NCBI GenBank assembly: GCA_964411375.1
Contig: CAYPKR010000001.1
Span: 238,807 to 302,806 of the forward strand
DNA length: 64,000 nt
Direction of reading: 5' to 3'
Source of the DNA: an uncultured Candidatus Saccharibacteria bacterium
GTDB taxonomy: Bacteria; Patescibacteriota; Minisyncoccia; Phycocordibacterales; UBA12088
Shown: piece by piece, positions 1 to 8,139 of the stretch
Layout: the number at the start of each line of letters is the position of its first letter
Numbering within the stretch: position 1 is the first letter of the stretch
The notes under the pieces: model-generated
Told to the model about the DNA's origin: nothing
The model's database searches: none
What the model saw: only the letters and a program-made list of their open reading frames with translations
Position numbers and translations under genes: made by a program

Positions 1-106
1 CCAATCCCTCCTATCTGATTTTATAAAATTTCTGACCAATTCGCGCCCAATAAAAAAACGCGGAGGTTTGTCCCTCCGCGCTACAGTCGTTCGTCCACTC
101 TGTTGG

Positions 107-2035
107 TCAATCCTTCCAGAGGTGGATGGCGGCATACCGGAATGCCGTATCGATCGATTCTTCCGGATAACCCCCCTCAACAAGTCGTTTCTTCCATTCT
201 TCTTTTTTAGCGAGTAACTCCGTATCTAACATTTGGTTCCGGACAATTATACGGCATTGATCGCGGACCCGATTTCTTAGATATCGATGGATCGCTTCTG
301 CGAGCTGAGGAACTTCCTCCATCGTGGCTTTGCCGGCTCCCTCTCGTCGGCTATCTTTCATTAATTGGTTTGATATGTCTCTGCGGAATCCGTCTCCCGC
401 AGGACCGATGATAGCCATCTGTTCTTCGATTGATTTGAGGAAACTTTCCGAAGGATCTTCCTCGCGAAAAGTTACTATGCCCCCATGCCCAACTACACGA
501 ATGCGGATTTTTGTTTTTAGTACATACGCACTTGCATGGTCGAGATACTGCCTGAAGAGTTCTCCTGCATTGTCCACAAAGTGTGGATTCATTGCAGTCA
601 GAAGAGCAGTTTCAAAAGATTCGAGGTACTCCTTTCTTGCAATCTCCAATAGTTCTCCCTTTTTCTTCCCCCCAGTTTTATCTTCCTCGATGATTGTCTT
701 AATAATCGGGAAGAGATCAAAAGGAAACAATACTTGCGGTTCCTTCGCGAGTGCGTCATGAAGGATTTGGATTGCGAGCGGGCTTGGAATTCCTCCCGAT
801 TTTCTTCCTTCACCGGTCGGCAATCCTCGGAGTACATGAGCAGTTAGTAGCACCTCCTTACCGTCTTTGTCCTTATACTTCTTTTCGACACCTTTAGTGA
901 ATACTGGCTGACCGTTGTAGATACGGAGCCTTTCCAAAAGATCGGTACATGGATCTTCGGAAACTAGTCGCGTTAAGATCGCAAATGTTCCTAAGGTTTC
1001 CAAAGTTAGTGGCGCAAGTGGTGTGTTGAATGCAGTACTATCGAGGAACTGCTGATAAATAAGCACCTCGTCGCTAAGAGTAAGATTAAGAGGTATCGAT
1101 ACTGGATACACCCTCCTTCTCATTCCGTCTACTTTGAGTAGTGCTTCATAACCACCTGAATTGCCGTGAGCAATAATTACCATGTCTAGATACAGACGTC
1201 TGCCCCGCGTCATAACCCGATGTTCTTGAGTGGCAGTAGTTAATCGAGAAGCAATACTCTGCACTCCTCGCTCCCTCAGGTCTATGATTTCGAGGATCCC
1301 TCTTCCGGCATGATGGATGACTCCAGAATTCCTTCCGTGTCCATTCATCTCTCCGAAAAGCCCATCAGTGTCTTCAGCAGGTTCTCCTGATGGAGAAAAA
1401 CCTCCATACCCCACTGCCGCACAGGCAGAATATCGCACTGATGTGACTGGTGTTTTGAGGACGCCATTCTTACTTGCATTGAGACACTGTTGGCACGGTT
1501 CACCTGAAAGGAAAACATTCCGCTCTCTTTGGAACGCCTCCCTGATTTCTCTCGGCAATAGCAGTAGCGGGCTATGATGTGAGTCACAGCCTTCCACCAC
1601 ACGAATCCAAGGGATATATCTCTCCAGACCTTCCACAATACTTGCCGCGAGAGAGCTTTTCCCTGAACCGGGTTCGCCATGGAAGAAAAGAGCCTGACGG
1701 CTTTCCTCGGCATGTTTTGCTGCGGCTTCGAAATATCGCACGATCCGTTCAATTTCGGAATCGATACCATGATATCGTTCAAAAAGACGAAATCTCCGAA
1801 AAGGTTCCTCACCGTATAGACGGCGAAGACGTGGGTCAATTGCTGGATTGATGATATCAACGCCAGCAAGTTTAATTGCCGTGTGTATCATTTGGAACGC
1901 AGTAAATCCTGCGTATGGGTCAAACTCTGGCTCCGCAAAGAGCTCATTTATATATTCTCCGAGCGAACCCTTCCATACCTTTTCTTGGTCACGCTGTTCC
2001 TCTGCCTCAAGAAGTTTCAACACCGTGCTGGTCAT
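107..2035 (-). CDS. PrkA/YeaG-family AAA+ serine protein kinase/ATPase (divergent)
   Basis: Walker A GEPGSGKS; N-terminal W.GSL.EY, AFQMIH.AI and YFEAAA...EE.RQ motifs; 642 aa, typical of PrkA. Confidence 0.8.
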   Translation of the reverse strand: MTSTVLKLLEAEEQRDQEKVWKGSLGEYINELFAEPEFDPYAGFTAFQMIHTAIKLAGVDIINPAIDPRLRRLYGEEPFRRFRLFERYHGIDSEIERIVRYFEAAAKHAEESRQALFFHGEPGSGKSSLAASIVEGLERYIPWIRVVEGCDSHHSPLLLLPREIREAFQRERNVFLSGEPCQQCLNASKNGVLKTPVTSVRYSACAAVGYGGFSPSGEPAEDTDGLFGEMNGHGRNSGVIHHAGRGILEIIDLRERGVQSIASRLTTATQEHRVMTRGRRLYLDMVIIAHGNSGGYEALLKVDGMRRRVYPVSIPLNLTLSDEVLIYQQFLDSTAFNTPLAPLTLETLGTFAILTRLVSEDPCTDLLERLRIYNGQPVFTKGVEKKYKDKDGKEVLLTAHVLRGLPTGEGRKSGGIPSPLAIQILHDALAKEPQVLFPFDLFPIIKTIIEEDKTGGKKKGELLEIARKEYLESFETALLTAMNPHFVDNAGELFRQYLDHASAYVLKTKIRIRVVGHGGIVTFREEDPSESFLKSIEEQMAIIGPAGDGFRRDISNQLMKDSRREGAGKATMEEVPQLAEAIHRYLRNRVRDQCRIIVRNQMLDTELLAKKEEWKKRLVEGGYPEESIDTAFRYAAIHLWKD

Positions 2036-2115
2036 CGTACTTCCTCACTTTTGCAAGGGTTACAGTCTGCTATGACGCTACCAGAACTACAGATTGCGTC
2101 AATTAAATCAATTTT

Positions 2116-2257
2116 TGAGCCACCTCGCAGGTCGGTCACTAGTAAATTTCCTATAGGACATTTCTGTCGACCCCGCCTCAGCAAAAGTCTCCCAGACTTT
2201 TTCTTCCGGCCTTCGATCCTGTCTTCGGCGGCACACTTTGTCACTATGTTCCTCGTG
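2116..2257 (-). repeat. tRNA-trailer element A (antisense to own tRNA 3' end, conserved hairpins, duplicated tRNA 3' end)
   Basis: 16-bp direct repeat TGAGCCACCTCGCAGG at 2116-2131 and 2256-2271; inverted copy TTCGATCCTG at 2212-2221; 42/50 identity to 44199-44248. Confidence 0.85.
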
Positions 2258-2330
2258 AGCCACCTCGCAGGATCGAACTGCGGACCTTCTCGTTACGAGT
2301 GAGATGCTCTACCAACTGAGCTAAGGTGGC
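2258..2330 (-). tRNA. tRNA-Thr(CGT)
   Basis: GCCACCTTAGCTCAGTTGGTAGAGC...CT-CGT-AA...GTTCGATCCTGCGAGGTGGCT cloverleaf; CCA not encoded. Confidence 0.95.
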
Positions 2331-2429
2331 GATAGGTGTCAGACCCTCCCCGTAACCTTCCCGTAGGGGTTCATGGTTTAGGTCTGACAAAATGTAGTGT
2401 AACAAAAAATTAACGCAGTAATCTGCGGG

Positions 2430-2502
2430 AGCCGATGGTCGGGATTGAACCGACGACCTACGCCTTACCATGGCGTTGCTCTACCAGCTGAGCTACATCG
2501 GC
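2430..2502 (-). tRNA. tRNA-Thr(GGT)
   Basis: GCCGATGTAGCTCAGCTGGTAGAGC...AT-GGT-AA...GGTTCAATCCCGACCATCGGCT cloverleaf. Confidence 0.95.
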
Positions 2503-2575
2503 ATACTGGCAAGTGAGTGGATAATAGCGGATTTTAGAGAAAAAGCCAAAAACAGGAGTATACTATAGACACACT

Positions 2576-2950
2576 ATGCACGAAGCGTTTCGAAGAATTG
2601 CCCATGTGGCGAGTCGTTGGATGGGTTCTCCGTGGGCATTCACGTTCGCTGTTTTTGGCGTTGTTATCTGGGCAGGAAGCGGATGGTTCTATCGCTTTTC
2701 AAACACGTGGCAACTTGTTATCAATACGGGGACAACCATTCTGACTTTCCTTATGGTCTTTCTCATTCAAAATACGCAGAACCGCGACGGACAAGCAACA
2801 CAACTAAAACTCGATGAACTTATAAAGGCGATCGGTAAAGCACGAAATGACTTTATTGAAATCGAAGAAGAGCCGGACGAAAAATTGAATCGCCTTGAAC
2901 ACGAATTTCAGGGGATTAGAGAAAAAATCGATCGTACTGAAAAGCACTAA
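2576..2950 (+). CDS. Low-affinity iron permease (Fet4-like) family protein
   Basis: Signature WQLVINTGTTI.TFLMVFLIQNTQNRD...KLDELI. Confidence 0.85.
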   Translation: MHEAFRRIAHVASRWMGSPWAFTFAVFGVVIWAGSGWFYRFSNTWQLVINTGTTILTFLMVFLIQNTQNRDGQATQLKLDELIKAIGKARNDFIEIEEEPDEKLNRLEHEFQGIREKIDRTEKH

Positions 2951-3975
2951 TCATCCACACTACTTGGACTTAGGAGCCCCTGATCTACGGCATTCCACGC
3001 CGTTTTTGAAATCGCACTAATCGCCGATTCCATTTTTGAATAATCTGATCCTTCCGTCATCACGCAGATCGAATATGGGTGGCGAGGATAATACACGATG
3101 CCGCAATCATGCAGTTGGCGTTTTACTACATTTCCGCCCGCATCTTTTATAGTACGTTCGGCATATTTATGTGCGACCAAGGTGCCATTTGGCACTCCGG
3201 CAACAATGCCGTTTTGGAATGATGTTTTTGAAAGGAAGGTAAGTGCCGTTTGCGAACGTACTCTGCCTAGGAATGAACTATTGTAGAGAATGCGGAAAAA
3301 TCGTGAATATATTTTAGCAGAAGCAATTTCGCCATTCGCATCGCTTGGAGGCGGAACGCCAAAATCTGAGTACACTTTACCGAGTGTGCTTGTAGAAAGA
3401 TGATTATTTAAGAGATCGTACGCGTTATTGTCAGACTCTCCGATCATCGATTGTAATAATTCTTCCACGCTGTGGGCGCCAGGACGAAGTGGTTTGGTTG
3501 GAGGGATGTCTTGAGTTTTAGTTTGATCATTTTCTCCCGTATAGGTAAACGTAGTTGTCATCAAATTGGCATCACTTCGTCCATCGTACAAATAGCCAAT
3601 CAATACCGGGATCTTTATCAGGCTTGCCGGCATGTACATATCATTTTCATTTACGCCGGTCCAATGTCCGAGATCGAGATCTCTAAAGTATACCGATACA
3701 CGGGTAACTTCTCCCGATCTTTTTTCGTTCGAAATAGTCTCAGCAAGTGTATTTTTGAGTGATGTAAATTGTGTATATGGAACTTCTTCGTCTATGTCGC
3801 AAGAGAGAAGGGGATTGATTAGGGCGTAACCACCTTCACGAGTAACCAGATCGTCCGGTGAAAACACAGCATTTTCTGGAATCAGTTTTCCAACTCCGAC
3901 GCCGATACCAAATAGCAAAATACCTCCAACGAAAAGTGTAGAGCGCGGATACTTTGTATAGGTATCTCGAAGCAT
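2947..3975 (-). CDS. Membrane-anchored class A beta-lactamase-like serine hydrolase
   Basis: N-terminal TM; PASLIK (SxxK), SDN, HKYA at the KTG position, HDCGIVY. Confidence 0.85.
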   Translation of the reverse strand: MLRDTYTKYPRSTLFVGGILLFGIGVGVGKLIPENAVFSPDDLVTREGGYALINPLLSCDIDEEVPYTQFTSLKNTLAETISNEKRSGEVTRVSVYFRDLDLGHWTGVNENDMYMPASLIKIPVLIGYLYDGRSDANLMTTTFTYTGENDQTKTQDIPPTKPLRPGAHSVEELLQSMIGESDNNAYDLLNNHLSTSTLGKVYSDFGVPPPSDANGEIASAKIYSRFFRILYNSSFLGRVRSQTALTFLSKTSFQNGIVAGVPNGTLVAHKYAERTIKDAGGNVVKRQLHDCGIVYYPRHPYSICVMTEGSDYSKMESAISAISKTAWNAVDQGLLSPSSVDD

Positions 3976-4080
3976 AGGGAAGCTTCAAGATATTGTACCA
4001 AAAATTGATGGGGATTATTTCAGAAAATGAAATGGAGACAGGCTTGGTCACAACTCAACATTGCAGAGCAACAATTTCCA

Positions 4081-4251
4081 CGAGAGACGGGAATCTTTCT
4101 CCCTACGGGAGCGGTATAGGTTTCGTATCGTGCTCGGCTACGCCTCCGCGCGATATACTCAACCTTTTCAAGTCCCTTTCGGAGCTATCGCTCCGTACTC
4201 TCGCTCGTAACGCAAATTGGCAATTCTTTCGAATTGCCAATTTGCTAACTG
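4081..4251 (-). repeat. tRNA-trailer element B (Asp)
   Basis: 12-bp direct repeat CGAGAGACGGGA at 4081-4092 and 4254-4265; inverted copies TTCAAGTCCC 4167-4176 and GTACTCTCGC 4195-4204; several hairpins. Confidence 0.8.
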
Positions 4252-4325
4252 CGCGAGAGACGGGACTTGAACCCGCAACCTCTGCCGTGACAGGGCAGCG
4301 CTCTAACCAGTTGAGCTACTCCCGC
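4252..4325 (-). tRNA. tRNA-Asp(GTC)
   Basis: GCGGGAGTAGCTCAACTGGTTAGAGC...CT-GTC-AC...GGTTCAAGTCCCGTCTCTCGCG. Confidence 0.95.
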
Positions 4326-4375
4326 AATATAGTTGCGACCGCATCAGACCGTTCGCAAGTACCCACAAACTTACC

Positions 4376-4657
4376 TTAGCTTCGCCGAAACTTCAACTGT
4401 TTGCGAGTTTTCAGTTTGGCATCACCCCAGCGGTAATACCCGAGTCCAGCAAAGTATATATTGATGATATTGGCGATCACGAATGCGTATTGGTGGGCAA
4501 TATAGGAGACGATTAGTCCGGCACTAAAGCCGATTATAGAAATAGCAAATCCAATACGTCGTTTTGACGTCAACAAATACATACCGAAAAAGCCGGAACC
4601 CATCCCGAGCCAGTCGAGACCGTAGTACGTGCCAAAAAGAGCGTGGAGGTCGAACAT
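4376..4657 (-). CDS. Small membrane protein, PnuC-like half-transporter
   Basis: Three hydrophobic segments, DWLG...G.YLL..KRRIGF...GYYRW pattern. Confidence 0.55.
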   Translation of the reverse strand: MFDLHALFGTYYGLDWLGMGSGFFGMYLLTSKRRIGFAISIIGFSAGLIVSYIAHQYAFVIANIINIYFAGLGYYRWGDAKLKTRKQLKFRRS

Positions 4658-4677
4658 TAGGAATAAGTATAGCGTGA

Positions 4678-4891
4678 GGAGGAATCGGTCGGAAATAATT
4701 TATTAGAAAAAATGCGAGGATCGGTCACAAGTAAATTTCCTGACGCAAAGGGAATCTCGCCTTACAGGCGCAGTACACCTTGCGGATTTTTTCTTCGCTC
4801 TCTCGAGCTTGAAAAAGTCTCACAAGGTCTTCGATTCCTGCACAGGAAGTCCTCCGGACTTCCTTCGTCGACAAAATTGCTTCGCAATTTG
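4678..4891 (-). repeat. tRNA-trailer element C (CAT tRNA) with stacked remnant ends
   Basis: Inverted copies TTCGATTCCT 4830-4839 and CGTCGACA 4866-4873; 20/21 match of 4721-4741 to 2132-2152; tRNA-like junctions at 4742-4756, 4716-4728 and 4678-4691. Confidence 0.8.
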
Positions 4892-4965
4892 TGTCGACGG
4901 GAGGAATCGAACCTCCGACCTAGGGCTTATGAGTCCCTCGCTCTAACCATCTGAGCTACGTCGAC
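4892..4965 (-). tRNA. tRNA with CAT anticodon (elongator Met or Ile2)
   Basis: GTCGACGTAGCTCAGATGGTTAGAGC...CT-CAT-AA...GGTTCGATTCCTCCCGTCGACA; paired G1-C72 argues against initiator. Confidence 0.9.
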
Positions 4966-5029
4966 GTGCAGTGAAAATACCATTGAAATGAAGAAATTTC
5001 AATCTGCCGCGCTCTGGTATACTTTCTCC

Positions 5030-5920
5030 ATGAAAGAAAAGAAGGAAGAAATCGAATCAAAAATTGCGCTCCTTGAAGCATCTATGGGGGAGGCAGATTT
5101 TTGGAGCGATAAGGTTCGCGCACAGGCGGCAATCAAAGAACTCCAGGAATTGAAAGATAAACTCGAAGGTGGTGGCGAATATGACAAAACAAACGCCATC
5201 ATCACCATTTTTTCTGGCGCGGGAGGCGATGATGCAGAAGATTTTTCTTCAATGCTTTTTTCGATGTATCAAAAATACACAGAAGGAAGGAGGTGGGGAA
5301 TTTCCTTGATCAGTCAAAATCAAAATGATCACGGTGGATTTCGAAATATTACCTTTGAAATTGAAGGTAAAGGCTCGTACGGTGTTCTTCGAAATGAATC
5401 AGGTGTTCATCGATTAGTTCGAATTTCTCCGTTCAATGCAAATGCGAAGCGACAGACATCATTTTCGCTTGTCGAAGTTGTTCCCAAACTGCCTCCTTCT
5501 TCGAACGTAGTTACGCTGAATCCCGACGATCTCGATATGCAATTTATTCGATCAAGCGGACCAGGTGGACAAAATGTAAATAAACGAGAGACTGCAGTGC
5601 GCCTTCTGCATCGTCCAACCGGAATTGCCGTACATGTCGACACCGAGAGATCGCAAGAACGAAATAAAGAACGTGCGTTTGAACTTCTCAAAGGAAAAAT
5701 TTTCAAAAAACAGGAAGATGATCGGAAAAAGACCGACGCGGGACAATCAATTTCGGCAACGACATCAATTGAGTGGGGAAGTCAGATTCGCTCGTACGTA
5801 CTTCATCCCTACAAAATGGTAAAAGATCATCGTACAGGTGTTGAGGTTTCAAATGCCGAAGGAGTGCTCGAAGGCGATTTGGAAAAATTCATTGAAGCAG
5901 AGAAAGAGCTCGACGTATAG
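5030..5920 (+). CDS. prfB: Peptide chain release factor 2 (short form)
   Basis: ESGVHRLVRISPF (SPF motif), GPGGQNVNK, WGSQIRSYVLHPY; start placed 6 nt after TATACT. Confidence 0.93.
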   Translation: MKEKKEEIESKIALLEASMGEADFWSDKVRAQAAIKELQELKDKLEGGGEYDKTNAIITIFSGAGGDDAEDFSSMLFSMYQKYTEGRRWGISLISQNQNDHGGFRNITFEIEGKGSYGVLRNESGVHRLVRISPFNANAKRQTSFSLVEVVPKLPPSSNVVTLNPDDLDMQFIRSSGPGGQNVNKRETAVRLLHRPTGIAVHVDTERSQERNKERAFELLKGKIFKKQEDDRKKTDAGQSISATTSIEWGSQIRSYVLHPYKMVKDHRTGVEVSNAEGVLEGDLEKFIEAEKELDV

Positions 5921-5933
5921 AAAGTAAAATAAA

Positions 5934-5978
5934 GGGGTGGGAATTTTTCATTTTGAAAAAATGAAAAATTCCCACCCC
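5934..5978. terminator. Long hairpin between convergent genes
   Basis: GGGGTGGGAATTTTTCATTTT...AAAATGAAAAATTCCCACCCC inverted repeat. Confidence 0.7.
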
Positions 5979-6006
5979 GGGCGTGCTAGCCGCCTAATCT
6001 TGATCT

Positions 6007-6306
6007 TCAATTTCTCGCAAGGAGAAAGGAAACCCCTGCTGCGAATGCAATTTCTGAATTGACTTTTGCCCACTCACGGAAGGTATCTCCTCTACGCTCC
6101 ATTTTTGCTATCACAGCAAGTGCTTCGCGGTATTCTGTTGCGTTGTCGCCGATACCGCGCGCGAAAGTGAGTGCCGCCGCCCCTTGCGCCCCGACAAACA
6201 TCTGCATTGCTCTGTCGTGGTATTCACCACTGAGCTTATATGCATCCGTGGCTACTATATACAGGGTGACTGAATCAGGTAGCCGATATCTCACGCTTTT
6301 TAGCAT
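6007..6306 (-). CDS. Orphan hypothetical protein
   Basis: 99-aa ORF with GAGGAG SD upstream. Confidence 0.55.
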   Translation of the reverse strand: MLKSVRYRLPDSVTLYIVATDAYKLSGEYHDRAMQMFVGAQGAAALTFARGIGDNATEYREALAVIAKMERRGDTFREWAKVNSEIAFAAGVSFLLARN

Positions 6307-6472
6307 CTGGTGCTCCTCTGGTACTAAGGTCAGACGGATTGTACGCTCCTCTCTGTATATAGCAAGCTGTTGGTCAAAAAGGTTGTAGCCAAGCGACCTA
6401 ATGCTATAATCAATTTTGTATGGCGCATACGGTCATTGTTCTGTCTTTCTTGTAATTCCGCGCCAAGAACCA

Positions 6473-7153
6473 ATGATATATTTCGACCGAGTCACAAAGG
6501 TATATAACGATAGTTCTGTTGCACTCGCGGATGTGACACTCTCCGTCGCACCGGGTGAATTTGTCTCCGTTGTCGGACATTCTGGCGCTGGAAAGACCAC
6601 ACTCCTTAAAATGCTTCTTGCTGAAGATCGCCCTACCGAAGGTGCGGTCTTTTATCAATCATCTGACATTCATACACTTCCAAAGCAGGAACTTTCACTC
6701 TATCGTCGGAAGCTCGGCATGGTTTTTCAAGATTTTCGTCTGCTTCCAAACAAAACTGCGTACGAAAATATTGCTTTCGCTATGGAAGCCGCAGGTCGCG
6801 ATGATGAAGAGATTGCGGGAGATGTGCCGCATGTACTCGAACTCGTCGACTTGGCGGATAAGATGTGGAATTTCCCCAATCAGCTTTCTGGTGGAGAAAA
6901 ACAACGTGTTGCGATCGCCCGTGCAATCGTCAATCAGCCAGACGTTATTATTGCGGATGAGCCGACAGGGAATCTCGATCCAATCAATACCTACGAAATT
7001 GTACAGATTTTGAAAAAGGTGAATGACCTCGGCACCACGATTCTATTAACGACCCATAATAAAGGAGTGATAGATTCTCTGGGGAAGCGCGTCATCACTA
7101 TGGATAGCGGCAAAGTCGTCCGTGATGATCCAGCAGGGCGATATGTTCTATAA
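6473..7153 (+). CDS. ftsE: Cell division ATP-binding protein FtsE
   Basis: GHSGAGKTT, VFQDFRLL, LSGGEKQRVAIARA, ADEPTGNLDP; upstream of ftsX. Confidence 0.93.
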   Translation: MIYFDRVTKVYNDSSVALADVTLSVAPGEFVSVVGHSGAGKTTLLKMLLAEDRPTEGAVFYQSSDIHTLPKQELSLYRRKLGMVFQDFRLLPNKTAYENIAFAMEAAGRDDEEIAGDVPHVLELVDLADKMWNFPNQLSGGEKQRVAIARAIVNQPDVIIADEPTGNLDPINTYEIVQILKKVNDLGTTILLTTHNKGVIDSLGKRVITMDSGKVVRDDPAGRYVL

Positions 7154-7164
7154 TAATTGAAATA

Positions 7165-8112
7165 ATGACTGCGTGGGTAACAACCAAAAGAATATTGAAA
7201 GCAGGTTTTGTCGGATTTTGGCGCAATCGTGTCGTCTCGCTCACTTCAGTCGTCGTCATGTCCGCAACGCTGTTCGCAATCGGCTCCCTCCTTTTTTCAA
7301 ACGCACTCGTTTCGCAGTCGGTGAATGAACTCAAAGACAAAGTCGATATCAATGTATACTTTGTCACCACTGCACCCGAAACTGACATCCTCGCACTTAA
7401 AAAATCGCTCGAATCTCAGCCGGAAGTCGCAAGTGTTAACTACTCGTCACGCGAGTTGGTACTTGAAAATTTCCGTGAGCGACACGCAAATGATCAGTTG
7501 ACTCTTCAAGCGCTCGATGAACTGGGTGACAATCCGTTTGGCGCAATGCTTTCAATCAAGGCGAAGGAAACCTCCCACTATGAAGGAATCGCAAAATATC
7601 TGGATGAAGAAAAGACCGCACTACAGTCGGGCGGCGCGCCGATAATTGATAAAATCAACTATTACCAAAACAAAGATGCAATCGACAAACTCACGTCGAT
7701 CATTGCGGCATCAGAGCGATCGAGTCTTATCAAGACCGTTGCATTCATTCTTATTTCAATTCTCATCACCTTCAATACCATTCGCCTCGCAATCTTTAAT
7801 TCTCGTGAGGAAATCGCTGTGATGAAACTTGTCGGCGCATCCAACTGGTACGCACGCGGTCCATTCATCGTCGAAGGCGCTATTTACGGTGTCATTGCCG
7901 CGATTTTAGCGCTCATCATTTTCTATCCAATTACGCTTTGGCTTGGTCCACTATTTTATCCATTCCAGTTCTTTACCGATTTTTCAAACACGAGCTTAAT
8001 GCTGTATTACACGAATAATTTCCTCAGCATCAGCTTTGTGGTCATTGGTTCAGGAGTCGCACTTGGGGTGATATCGAGTTTCTTGGCTGCCGCTCGCTAC
8101 TTGAAGGTGTAA
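7165..8112 (+). CDS. ftsX: Cell division permease FtsX
   Basis: NTIRLAI..REEI.VMKLVGA motif; 4 TM with large extracellular loop. Confidence 0.92.
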   Translation: MTAWVTTKRILKAGFVGFWRNRVVSLTSVVVMSATLFAIGSLLFSNALVSQSVNELKDKVDINVYFVTTAPETDILALKKSLESQPEVASVNYSSRELVLENFRERHANDQLTLQALDELGDNPFGAMLSIKAKETSHYEGIAKYLDEEKTALQSGGAPIIDKINYYQNKDAIDKLTSIIAASERSSLIKTVAFILISILITFNTIRLAIFNSREEIAVMKLVGASNWYARGPFIVEGAIYGVIAAILALIIFYPITLWLGPLFYPFQFFTDFSNTSLMLYYTNNFLSISFVVIGSGVALGVISSFLAAARYLKV

Positions 8113-8139
8113 GTTTTTCGTTACCAGAAATTCTGAATC

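Noticed and set aside
2116-2271. attL/attR of a conventional prophage or genomic island
   Set aside because: The repeats enclose only about 125 bp and no integrase is present in the window; treated as the short element family instead.
2032-2471. ORFs 2032-2244 and 2244-2471 (likewise 3993-4379, 4712-4954, 44111-44746)
   Set aside because: Shadow ORFs over tRNA/tmRNA genes and their trailer elements.
2947-3975. Functional antibiotic-resistance beta-lactamase
   Set aside because: KTG is replaced by KYA and the protein is membrane anchored; activity cannot be supported from sequence.
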